Shown here in pieces: positions 42,345-50,653 of a stretch of 64,000 bases of DNA. The first letter of the stretch is position 1; each line of letters starts with the position of its first letter. A model generated the notes under the pieces. That model was not told where the DNA came from, searched no databases, and worked only from the letters and a program-made list of their open reading frames with translations. Made by a program: the position numbers and the translations under genes. The DNA comes from Acidimicrobiales bacterium. GTDB taxonomy: Bacteria > Actinomycetota > Acidimicrobiia > Acidimicrobiales > Bog-793. The stretch covers positions 32,967 through 96,966 of the forward strand of contig JBEKYM010000003.1 of NCBI GenBank assembly GCA_049510975.1, given 5' to 3'.

Positions 42345-42896
42345 TCAGGCTGCCTCGCCGCCGGAGGTGCCGGCAGCTGCCGGAGCCTCCGTGGCATCGC
42401 CCTCGCCGGCACCGCCTCCGCCCCCCGCGGTGACGGCGACGCGGGACCCCGGGCCGCCGGGCGGCGGGACCCGGCGCACCGTCGAAGCGGTCGTGCGCGT
42501 CACGTCGGTCGGGAGGCGCTTCACACGCTTGATCGGGCCCCAGTCGAGGGCGCCGTTCGAGATGAGGTAGATGAACGAGATGAACACGGCGGCGGCGAAG
42601 ACGATGATCTCGACAAGCCCGAAACGCCCCAACTGGTTCTCCACGATCGCCCAGGGGAACAGGAAGATGATCTCGATGTCGAAGACGATGAAGATCATCG
42701 CGATCAGGTAGAAGCGAACCGGGAACCGGCTCGAAGGTTCGGTCTCCGGTTCGATCCCGCATTCGTACGGCGCCTCTTTGGCGGCGGTCGGCCGCTGGGG
42801 AGCCAGCAGCTTGGACGCGACGAACGAGAGGCTCGCAAAAGCGATGCCGACGAGGATGAGGAGAAAGATCGGGAGGTAGCTGTCAAGGCTGCCCAT
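42345..42896 (-). CDS. nuoA: NADH-quinone oxidoreductase subunit A with ~60-aa C-terminal extension
   Basis: 183 aa. …YECGIEPE…RFPVRFYLIAMIFIVFDIEIIFLFPWA… followed by a Gly/Ala/Pro-rich tail. Confidence 0.92.
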   Translation of the reverse strand: MGSLDSYLPIFLLILVGIAFASLSFVASKLLAPQRPTAAKEAPYECGIEPETEPSSRFPVRFYLIAMIFIVFDIEIIFLFPWAIVENQLGRFGLVEIIVFAAAVFISFIYLISNGALDWGPIKRVKRLPTDVTRTTASTVRRVPPPGGPGSRVAVTAGGGGGAGEGDATEAPAAAGTSGGEAA

Positions 42897-43025
42897 GGCT
42901 CGGTCGGTTCTACCACGCGCCCTCGCGGCGGGTCACATCAGGGACGCCGGCAAGCGTGGCGTCCGAGCCTCGCCGGACTCGGCTGCGGCCGTGGCCGGCT
43001 CACTCCTCGGCGGGGCCCGCCGGCC

Positions 43026-44504
43026 TCACTCGTCGGCGACGATCGAGCCCACCCGCTCGGCGAGGCCCGGGTCACGCCGCGTCAGCACGATGGCGTAGAT
43101 GATCGCCAGCGCGAGGATCACGAGGGCGACGTAGGGGTACCAGTTGTACGGGGAGAGCTGCCCGGGCTTGGAGAGGTAGTACAGCGGCACGACGATGGAG
43201 GCGGCTCCGAGAACCGGCAGCACGAGGTGCTTGACCGGATTGAACGACCCGGGGCGGTGCTTGCGGATGAAGAACGGCAGCGCCAGGTTGGCCGCCAAGT
43301 AGACGAGGAGCACGAGGATCGTGCCCATCGTGGAGGACTCGGCGAAGAAGTTGACGGCGTTGAGCTGCAGGTGCTTGCCCTGCACGAGGTCGAAGACGGC
43401 CCAGCCGCCGATGATGACGAGCGAGATGCCGACGAAGGTGAAGATGGCATTCACGGGGGTCCGCCGCCTCGGGTCGACCTTGCCCACCCAGCCGGGCAAC
43501 AGGCCCTCGCGGCCGGAGTTGAACACGAGCCGAGCTTGCGAGTTCGTGCCGGCGATGAGGGCCCCGAGCGTCGAGGTCATACCGGCCAGGTAGGCGAACA
43601 GCACGAACAGCCCGATCGTGCTGTGGGCGACGGAGATGAACGGGATGGGGGCGGCGCCGAGCTTGGCGACGTTGTCGCCGAAACCCGACACCGTCGAGTA
43701 CGCGAACAACAAGTAGCTCACGACCATGATGCCGACGGAGAGGAAGACGGCGCGGGGGACGTTGCGTCGCGGGTTGTCCGTTTCCTCGGCGAGGGCGGCC
43801 GAGTTCTCCCAGCCGATGAACAAGTAGATGGCGAGCGGGAAGCCGGCGGCAAGGCCGCTGAAGCCGTTCGTGATGTGGCTCGGCTCGAAGGGGGCGATCG
43901 ACAGGTGGCCGGCGTGCTTGATGATCGAGGCGATGGCCACGATGACGAGCACCGTCAGCTCGAAGCCGAAGAACGTCCCCGCCACTTTCGTCGACACCGA
44001 CACGCCCCGGATCATCATGGCGACGGCGGCGACGCAGAGGATCACGGTGAAGATCCCCCACGGGACGTTCCAGCCGAAGTAGTAGTTCAAGATGATCGAG
44101 AGGAAGCCCCCGGAGATGGCGATGACCGAGGCCATCGCCGTGATGTAGCCGAGTCCGGCGAGAAGGGCCGTGGTGACGGCGCTCGTCGGGCCGAAAGTCT
44201 TGCCGACGAAGGTGATGAAGCCGCCGGTCGAGGGGATGACCTTGGCGAACTCCGAGAGCGTGTTCGCCAGGAAGGCAATGGCGATGCCGGCCGCCAGGAT
44301 CGTGAGCGGCGAAGCCACGCCGGCCGTCGTGGCGAGGAAGGCGAAGCCGAAGTAGAAGCTCATCGCCGGGGCGACGTTGGCCATCGTGGCGGCCGAGATG
44401 TCGACGAGACCGAGCGTGCCCTGCGGCAGCCGGTGCTCGCGGCCGACTTCGCCGACCGGCGGGCTCTTCGACTCGGCGATCGGCAGTGGTGTCACATCGG
44501 ACAT
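43026..44504 (-). CDS. APC-superfamily amino acid/polyamine permease
   Basis: 492 aa with about 12 hydrophobic segments. N-terminal …LGLVDISAATMANVAPAMSFYFGF…LSEFAKVIPSTGGFITFVGKTFG… is typical of APC permeases. Substrate unknown. Confidence 0.8.
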   Translation of the reverse strand: MSDVTPLPIAESKSPPVGEVGREHRLPQGTLGLVDISAATMANVAPAMSFYFGFAFLATTAGVASPLTILAAGIAIAFLANTLSEFAKVIPSTGGFITFVGKTFGPTSAVTTALLAGLGYITAMASVIAISGGFLSIILNYYFGWNVPWGIFTVILCVAAVAMMIRGVSVSTKVAGTFFGFELTVLVIVAIASIIKHAGHLSIAPFEPSHITNGFSGLAAGFPLAIYLFIGWENSAALAEETDNPRRNVPRAVFLSVGIMVVSYLLFAYSTVSGFGDNVAKLGAAPIPFISVAHSTIGLFVLFAYLAGMTSTLGALIAGTNSQARLVFNSGREGLLPGWVGKVDPRRRTPVNAIFTFVGISLVIIGGWAVFDLVQGKHLQLNAVNFFAESSTMGTILVLLVYLAANLALPFFIRKHRPGSFNPVKHLVLPVLGAASIVVPLYYLSKPGQLSPYNWYPYVALVILALAIIYAIVLTRRDPGLAERVGSIVADE

Positions 44505-44702
44505 GGCGCTCCCCCCTGTTCCCGGCGACGTTCACACGCTGAGCAAGCCCAGGAGACAAGCGACCCCACTGCGAGCGGCCCCACTTGGTCCTCCTGGTGC
44601 CGGCTCAAATCGCAAGCTACCACCGGCGCCGGTGTCCCCAGCGTCCCGGTCCGGTCGCCGGCGCGCCCGGCGCCGGCGACCGGCTCCCCTAACATTCGAG
44701 GC

Positions 44703-46058
44703 GTGGCGAAGCCCGAAGGACTCGACCCGCCTCGCCCGAGCGAGCACCACTGCGACGTCCTCGTCGTCGGCGGCGGCCCGAGCGGCTCGGCGGCGTCGTA
44801 CTGGCTCGCCACCCAGGGCGTCGACGTGCTCTGCGTGGAGAAGAAGCACTTCCCTCGCGAGAAGACGTGCGGTGACGGACTCACGCCTCGCTCGGTCCGG
44901 CAGCTGCAGGACATGGGCCTTGAGGGGGCCCTCGCCGGCAACCACCGCTACGAGGGGCTGCGGTCCGTCGCCTTCGGCCGCGAGCTCGAGATGCGCTGGC
45001 CGAAACACCCGGACTTTCCCCCCTACGGCTACACCATCACGCGCTTCCAGCTCGACGAGCTCGTGAACGAGCACGCCGAGAAAGCCGGCGCCGTCGTCTG
45101 GCAGGGGGCCGAGGCCGTCGAGCCGCTGCTCCCCCAGCCGGCCCTCGATGCCACAGGTCCTCGCAGCGCCGGCGGCGCTATCGTCGTCGACAAAGAACGG
45201 GGGACGCGCACCGAAGTGCACGCCCGCTACGTGATCGTGGCAGACGGCTCGCTCTCACGCTTCGGCAGGGCGCTCGGCTCGGTGCGCGACAAGTCCTACC
45301 CGCAGGGCATGGCGATCCGCGGCTACTTCCGGTCCCCCCGGCACGACGACGGTTACATCGAGTCTCACCTCGACATCCGAGACCGCGAGGGCAACGTCGT
45401 GCCCGGGTACGGCTGGATCTTCCCGCTCGGCGACGGTCGAGTGAACGTCGGCATCGGCTTGCTGTCGACGTCGGAGCGCTGGAAAGGCCTCAACACCACC
45501 AAGCTCATGGAGGAGTTCGTCGACTTCGCCCCGAAGTCCTGGTGCATCTCGCCGGCCACGGCCTGCTCGGTGCCCACCGGCGGGCGCCTGCCGATGAGCT
45601 TCTCGGTCCGCCCGCGCGTCGGCACCGACTACGTCATCGCCGGCGATGCCATGGGAGCCATCAACCCGTTCAACGGCGAGGGCATCGCCTACGGCTGGGA
45701 GACCGGCCACCTCGCCGCCGACACGATCGCCGCCGCCCTCCGTTGCTCCTCCGAGGCGGAGGCCGCCGCCACGCTCGCCGCCTACGAGGGCCGCCTGGCG
45801 GCGGAGTACGCCCGCTACTACGCCATCGCCAAGGCGTTCGTGCGGGTCATCGAGGAGCCGAAGATCATGCGGGCCCTCGTGGCCGCCGGCATGTACGTGC
45901 CGCCCGTGATGAAGGGCGTCCTCCGCATCATGGCGAACCTGAACCGCCCCGACCGCCGCGTCGGATCGGAAGCGCTCTACAACACCCTCGTCAAGGTCTC
46001 CGAGGCCCACGACCGCCGGCTCGGCCGCACGGCGCCGGCCGGCTGGCCGCAGGACTAG
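44703..46058 (+). CDS. Geranylgeranyl reductase-family FAD-dependent oxidoreductase
   Basis: …CDVLVVGGGPSGSAASYWLA…VEKKHFPREKTCGDGLTPRSV…VIVADGSLSRF…GDAMGAINPFNGEGIAYG… This is the C-terminal part of track ORF 41775..46058. GTG 44703 is the nearest in-frame start upstream of the GxGxxG motif, but its SD is poor, so the start is uncertain. Confidence 0.8.
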   Translation: MAKPEGLDPPRPSEHHCDVLVVGGGPSGSAASYWLATQGVDVLCVEKKHFPREKTCGDGLTPRSVRQLQDMGLEGALAGNHRYEGLRSVAFGRELEMRWPKHPDFPPYGYTITRFQLDELVNEHAEKAGAVVWQGAEAVEPLLPQPALDATGPRSAGGAIVVDKERGTRTEVHARYVIVADGSLSRFGRALGSVRDKSYPQGMAIRGYFRSPRHDDGYIESHLDIRDREGNVVPGYGWIFPLGDGRVNVGIGLLSTSERWKGLNTTKLMEEFVDFAPKSWCISPATACSVPTGGRLPMSFSVRPRVGTDYVIAGDAMGAINPFNGEGIAYGWETGHLAADTIAAALRCSSEAEAAATLAAYEGRLAAEYARYYAIAKAFVRVIEEPKIMRALVAAGMYVPPVMKGVLRIMANLNRPDRRVGSEALYNTLVKVSEAHDRRLGRTAPAGWPQD

Positions 46059-46104
46059 CCCCGCCGGGAGGGGCTGCGCCGCGGGCCGGCGGGGGGTTTC
46101 TTTT
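46059..46104 (+). terminator. Intrinsic terminator after the reductase gene
   Basis: CCCCGCCGG (46059..46067) pairs with CCGGCGGGG (46086..46094) and is followed by GGTTTCTTTT. It starts right after the TAG stop. Confidence 0.6.
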
Positions 46105-46115
46105 CGGCTGGCGGC

Positions 46116-46167
46116 AACCTTGATAGTGACTTTCGGACATATAGGTCCGAAAGTCACTATCAAGGTT
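46116..46167. repeat. Perfect 23-bp inverted repeat with 6-nt spacer, AT-rich
   Basis: AACCTTGATAGTGACTTTCGGAC-ATATAG-GTCCGAAAGTCACTATCAAGGTT. The arms are about 43% GC in a ~70% GC context. The right arm overlaps the stop of the DUF559 ORF. Confidence 0.9.
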
Positions 46168-46704
46168 GGGAGACGAGCAGCGCCGAGGCTCGATTCAATG
46201 CCTGCCGGACGTCGGCCACGACGGCGTGGGGACGCTCTCGGACTGCCGTCGGGGTTGTGCGCAGCAGGGCCCAACCGAGGGCAACGATCCGGTTGCCCCG
46301 CTCCCGATCGTGGACGAAGGTCCTGGCGTCAGCGTGGTAGCGGAAGCCGTCGAGCTCGAGCGCAACCCGCTCACCTGGCCAGGCGACGTCGACCCTGCCG
46401 ACGAAGCGGGCGCCGTCCCGCACCTCGAACTGCCTGATCGGCCTTGGGATTCCGGCCGAGGCGAGGAGGTCCACGAGCTCCGCCTCGGCGAGGCTGTCGA
46501 CCGGGCCGAGCTCGGCGAGGAGAGCCTGCAGCTTGTGGATGCCGCTCACGTATCGCCCGTGCTCGGAGGCGTGCCGTTCCAGACCGCGCAGCGTCAGCAG
46601 ACGAGTGGCGATGCAGTGATTGACGAAGCCGCGATACAGCTCGTCCCCGATCGGGCGGTCGGCGAGGTCGAGCACGGTCCGCAGCGGCTGGGTCAGCGAG
46701 ACGC
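46160..46704 (-). pseudogene. DUF559 (Vsr-like endonuclease fold) protein, apparently lacking its N-terminal ~100 aa
   Basis: …SLTQPLRTVLDLADRP…AELVDLLASAGIPRPIRQFEV…VDVAWPGERVALELDGFRYHADARTFVHDRERGNRIVALGWALLR… corresponds to the central and C-terminal parts of ~300-aa DUF559 proteins. The frame continues upstream only by overlapping hemL. No ATG lies in the fragment; one in-frame GTG occurs (…T-V-LDLA). Confidence 0.5.
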
Positions 46705-47973
46705 CTACTTCGCCAGCCCGGCCGCCACCTCCGCCGCCGCCTCGGCTGCTGCGGCCACGGTGCGCTCGACGTCGTCGTCGGTGTGCGCCAGCGAGCAGAA
46801 ACCCACCTCGTACGCGCTCGGCGCCAGCGCCACCCCCCGGTCCAACATGGCGTGGAAGAACGGCGCGTACAGGCCGCCGGCGGCTGCCGCCTTGGCGCCG
46901 TCGTAGTCGGAGACGGGATCCTCGGAGAAGTAGATGGAAAAGAGCGAGCGGACGACCGGCACCTGCACGGGCAGGCCGGCGGACGAGATCGCCTCGGCCA
47001 GCCCGCTCGCCAGCCGGCCGACACGCTGAGCCAGCTCGTCGAAGCGCTCCGGAGCGAGCCGCTCGAGCACGGCAAGGCCGGCGGCGGTCGCAAGCGGGTT
47101 CCCCGAGAGCGTGCCCGCCTGGTAGACGGGCCCGACCGGCGCCAGCTGCTCCATCACCTGGCGGCGCCCGCCGAGGGCCGCCAGCGGCAGGCCGCCACCG
47201 ATGACCTTGCCGAAGGTCCAGAGATCCGGCCGCACTCCGAACAGCTCGGCGACACTGCCACGCCGGAGCCGCCACCCGGTGATCACCTCGTCGAAGATGA
47301 GGAGGGCGCCGGCGCCGTCGCAAGCCGCCCGCAACCCGGCAAGGAAACCCGCCCCCGGCGCCACCAACCCCATGTTGGCGGCGACGGGCTCGACGATGAC
47401 GCAGGCGACCGTTTCGTCGAGGGTGGGCACGACGTTGTAGGGCGCCACGACGGTGTCGGCGACGGCGCCGGCGGGGACGCCGGCCGAGCCGGCGAGGCCG
47501 AGCGTGGCGACGCCGCTGCCGCCCTCGGCGAGCAGGCCGTCGGAGTGGCCGTGGTAGCAGCCGGCGAACTTCACGATGCGGTCCCGCCCCGTGAAGCCGC
47601 GAGCCACCCGGATCGCCGTCATCGTCGCCTCCGTGCCGGACGAGACGAGGCGTACGAGGTCGAGGCCGTCGACGGCCTCGACGAGGGTCTCGGCGAGGCG
47701 CACCTCCGCCTCGGTGGGGGCGCCGAACGTGGTGCCACGCCCGCTGGCCTCGGCGATGGCCGCCAGCACGGCGTCGTCGGCGTGCCCGAGGATGGATGCG
47801 CCCCAGGACTGCACGTAGTCGAGATAGGTCTTGCCGTCGGTATCGGTGACGTGGGCGCCTTTGGCGCTGGCGACGAAGTACGGGGTGCCCCCCACTGAAC
47901 CGAATGCCCGCACCGGAGAGTTCACGCCCCCGGGGATGACCCGGCCGGCCCGGGCGAACAGCTCCTCAGCCAC
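46705..47973 (-). CDS. hemL: Glutamate-1-semialdehyde 2,1-aminomutase
   Basis: …LFARAGRVIPGGVNSPVRAF…YLDYVQSWGASILGH…IFDEVITGWRL…GKVIGGGLPLAALGGR… Start set to GTG 47973 with GAGG 6 nt upstream. The track ORF extends to 48636 through hemB. Confidence 0.93.
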   Translation of the reverse strand: MAEELFARAGRVIPGGVNSPVRAFGSVGGTPYFVASAKGAHVTDTDGKTYLDYVQSWGASILGHADDAVLAAIAEASGRGTTFGAPTEAEVRLAETLVEAVDGLDLVRLVSSGTEATMTAIRVARGFTGRDRIVKFAGCYHGHSDGLLAEGGSGVATLGLAGSAGVPAGAVADTVVAPYNVVPTLDETVACVIVEPVAANMGLVAPGAGFLAGLRAACDGAGALLIFDEVITGWRLRRGSVAELFGVRPDLWTFGKVIGGGLPLAALGGRRQVMEQLAPVGPVYQAGTLSGNPLATAAGLAVLERLAPERFDELAQRVGRLASGLAEAISSAGLPVQVPVVRSLFSIYFSEDPVSDYDGAKAAAAGGLYAPFFHAMLDRGVALAPSAYEVGFCSLAHTDDDVERTVAAAAEAAAEVAAGLAK

Positions 47974-48011
47974 GCGGTGCCTCAGTCGCAGGCGCGCCAG
48001 GCGCCGGCGCC

Positions 48012-49049
48012 TCAGGCATTGAGGGCCTCGGCCACCTCGGCGGCGAAGTAGGTGAGCACGAAGCTCGCCCCGGCTCGCTTGATCGCCAGCAGGTGCTCGA
48101 GCGCCACGGCGGGGCCGTCGATCCATCCGCGCTCGGCGGCGGCCTTGACCATGGCGTACTCGCCGCTCACGTGATAAGCGGCCACGGGCACGTTGACGGC
48201 GGCGCGCACGGTGGCGATGACGTCGAGGTAGGCCAAGGCCGGCTTCACCATGACGATGTCGGCGCCTTCGGCGATGTCGAGGTTCACCTCGTCGAGGGCT
48301 TCGCGGCCGTTGGGCGGATCCTGCTGATAGGCGCGCCGGTCGCCCCCGCCGGCGATGTTGACGTCGACGGCGTCGCGGAACGGGCCGTAGAGGGCGGAGG
48401 CGTATTTGGCCGCGTACGCCAAGATGGCCGTGTCGTCGAAGCCGGCGCCGTCGAGCGCCTGGCGGATCGCCCGGACCTGGCCGTCCATCATGCCGCTCGG
48501 CGCCACCACGTGGGCGCCCGCCACCGCTTGGGCGACGGCGACCTCGCCATAGCGCTCGAGCGTGGCGTCGTTGTCGACGGTTCCGTCGCTTCGCACGATC
48601 CCGCAGTGCCCGTGGTCGGTGTACTCGTCGAGGCACAAGTCGGCCATGACGACGACGCCGTCGCCGACGGCGGTGCGCACGGCCGCGAGCGCCTGCTGCA
48701 CGATGCCATCGGCGTCGGAGGCGCCCGACCCGACGGCGTCCTTCGACGACGGGACGCCGAAGAGGATGAGGCCGGGGATGCCGATGGAGGCGAGGTGTTT
48801 CGCCTCGAGGACGACTGACTCGACGGTGTGCTGGACGACGCCCGGGAGCGAGGCGATCGGCTGCGGCTCGGCGATCCCCTCCCGGACGAAGAGCGGAGCG
48901 ACGAGGTCGTCGGGCGTGAGCACGGTCTCGGCCACAAGGCGGCGCAGGGCGGGCGTCTGCCGGAGGCGCCGCATCCGCCGTTGCGGGAAGGCGGCGATCG
49001 ATCCGGACGAGCTCGTGACGGGCGGGCTCGGGCGGCCCTGCTGGGACAT
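48012..49049 (-). CDS. hemB: Porphobilinogen synthase (delta-aminolevulinate dehydratase)
   Basis: This is the last 345 codons of track ORF 48012..50426: MSQQGRPS…RRMRRLRQTPALRRLV…LILFGVP…DLCLDEYTDHGHCG…IVMVKPALAYLD…AYHVSGEYAM…. Confidence 0.94.
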   Translation of the reverse strand: MSQQGRPSPPVTSSSGSIAAFPQRRMRRLRQTPALRRLVAETVLTPDDLVAPLFVREGIAEPQPIASLPGVVQHTVESVVLEAKHLASIGIPGLILFGVPSSKDAVGSGASDADGIVQQALAAVRTAVGDGVVVMADLCLDEYTDHGHCGIVRSDGTVDNDATLERYGEVAVAQAVAGAHVVAPSGMMDGQVRAIRQALDGAGFDDTAILAYAAKYASALYGPFRDAVDVNIAGGGDRRAYQQDPPNGREALDEVNLDIAEGADIVMVKPALAYLDVIATVRAAVNVPVAAYHVSGEYAMVKAAAERGWIDGPAVALEHLLAIKRAGASFVLTYFAAEVAEALNA

Positions 49050-49153
49050 GACCGGGACTCTACGCCGACTCGGGCCGGCCAGGGTCACGCCTCGCAGCGG
49101 CCCGCCGGCAACTTCAGCCGCCCGCTCACGCTTTTCATGGACCGCCCCCAACC

Positions 49154-50653
49154 TCAGCGGTCCGGCCGGCCGGCGGTGCCGGCGTAGGCCACGAGCGCGG
49201 CGACGAGGCCCGGGATCGAATGCTCGCTCGCCGCGAAGTCGACCGGGATGCCGGCCGCTCGGGCGGTCGCCGCCGTGATCGGCCCGATGCAGCCGACTAC
49301 CGGCGGGACCAGTTCGCGCCCGAACAGCTCGAGCCAGCCCGTCACCGTCGAGGAGGACGTGAACGTGACGGCGTCGGCCGTCCGGACGGCGTCGAGGACA
49401 CCTGGGGCGGGCTCGGGACGCACGGTGCGGTAGGCCTCGACGACGTCGACCTCGTAGCCCTTGGCGGCGAGCGCCAGCGGCAGGACGTCGCGGGCGACGG
49501 CGGCCCGCGGCAGCAGCAACCGCTGAACCGGCCCGCCGGCGACCGACGCCGGCGGCGGGGGGAACGCCTCGACGAGCGCCTCGGCGACGAACTGGCCGGG
49601 CACGAGATCGGCGACGATCCCGTGGCTCTCGAGCGCCCTCGCCGTCCCGTCGCCGATGGCGGCCACACGGGCCGCCCCGAAGGCTCGGGCATCGCTGATC
49701 TCGGCGAACAGCCTGCCGACGGCGTTCGTCGAGGTGAACACGACCCAGGCGTACGACGAGAGTCGGCCGGCCGCCTGGCGCAGCGCCGCTCCCCCGTCGG
49801 CTGGGTCCACCACGGCGATGGTCGGTATCTCGATCGGTTCGGCGCCGGCCTCGGCCAAGGCCGCCGACAGCTGCGAGGCCTGCTGGCGGGTGCGGGTGAT
49901 CGCCACGCGCCAGCCGAGCAGCGGGCGGGCCGAGAACCACGCCAGGTCGAGGGCGGCGACCTCGCCCACGACCACCGTCGCCGGCGTGCCGGCGTGCACG
50001 TCGCCGAGGGCGCCGAGCGTCGTACGGGTCGTGCGCTGGGACGCCAGGGTTCCGTTCTCGATGACGGCGACGGCTTCGGAGGGCTTGCGCCCGGCTGCGA
50101 TGAGCCGCTCGGAGATCTCGGCCCGGTGCTCCACGCCCATGAGGATCACGATGGTGCCGCCCACCTTGGCAAGGGCGTCCCAGTCGACGGGCACCGGCCC
50201 GCCCGATGCCGTGCCGTCGGCGCCGTGGCCCGTGACGACGGTGAAGGCCGTCGACAGCCCCCGATGCGTGAGGGGGATGCCGGCATAAGCCGGTACGCCG
50301 TTGACGGCGGACACGCCGGGGACGACTTCGAAGGGGAGGTGGGCGGAGGAGAGGGCGAGGGTTTCTTCGCCGCCGCGACCGAAGATGAAGGGGTCGCCAC
50401 CCTTCAGGCGCACGACGACCCCGCATCGGCGGCCGAGCTCGATGAGGAGCTCGTTGATGGCCTCTTGGCTGGCGCGGCCGCCGGGCCGCTTGCCGACGTC
50501 GTGCAGCTCGGCCGAGGCCGGCGCCAGCGCCAGCAGGCTCGGGTGGACGAGGCGGTCGTACACGACGGCGTCCGCCCGCGCGAGCAGGTCGGCGCCCCGC
50601 ACCGTGACGAGCCCGGGGTCGCCCGGTCCTGCCCCGACGAGATAGACGGTCAC
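49154..50653 (-). CDS. hemD: Bifunctional uroporphyrinogen-III C-methyltransferase / uroporphyrinogen-III synthase (CobA-HemD fusion)
   Basis: The N-terminal half, VTVYLVGAGPGDPGLVTVRGADLLARADAVVYDRL…RLKGGDPFIFGRGGEE…, is SUMT-like. The C-terminal half is HemD-like (…VAITRTRQQASQLS…VVFTSTNAV…). GTG 50653 overlaps the hemC stop as GTGA. Confidence 0.88.
   Translation of the reverse strand: MTVYLVGAGPGDPGLVTVRGADLLARADAVVYDRLVHPSLLALAPASAELHDVGKRPGGRASQEAINELLIELGRRCGVVVRLKGGDPFIFGRGGEETLALSSAHLPFEVVPGVSAVNGVPAYAGIPLTHRGLSTAFTVVTGHGADGTASGGPVPVDWDALAKVGGTIVILMGVEHRAEISERLIAAGRKPSEAVAVIENGTLASQRTTRTTLGALGDVHAGTPATVVVGEVAALDLAWFSARPLLGWRVAITRTRQQASQLSAALAEAGAEPIEIPTIAVVDPADGGAALRQAAGRLSSYAWVVFTSTNAVGRLFAEISDARAFGAARVAAIGDGTARALESHGIVADLVPGQFVAEALVEAFPPPPASVAGGPVQRLLLPRAAVARDVLPLALAAKGYEVDVVEAYRTVRPEPAPGVLDAVRTADAVTFTSSSTVTGWLELFGRELVPPVVGCIGPITAATARAAGIPVDFAASEHSIPGLVAALVAYAGTAGRPDR

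Noticed and set aside
41775-44702. N-terminal ~975 codons of the 1427-aa plus-strand ORF
   Set aside because: It runs antisense through nuoB, nuoA and the APC permease with Arg/Asp/Gly-rich composition. Only the C-terminal flavoprotein part (from 44703) is credible.
46116-46167. Palindrome as the chromosome dif (XerC/D) site
   Set aside because: dif sites are imperfect 11-6-11 elements with a recognisable consensus. This element is a perfect 23-6-23 palindrome with no resemblance to the dif sequences I remember. Its location in the rpoB/nuo/hem region is also not expected for the terminus.
46705-47323. Upstream part of ORF 46160..47323 as a full-length DUF559 N-terminus
   Set aside because: It overlaps hemL out of frame, is Arg/Pro/Gly-rich, and shows none of the HTH-like N-terminal features of DUF559 proteins.
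49050-50426. Upstream part of the 804-aa ORF containing hemB, and upstream part of 39111..41081 containing nuoE
   Set aside because: These are out-of-frame overlaps with cobA/hemD and nuoD respectively. The true proteins begin at internal ATGs with the expected N-termini.
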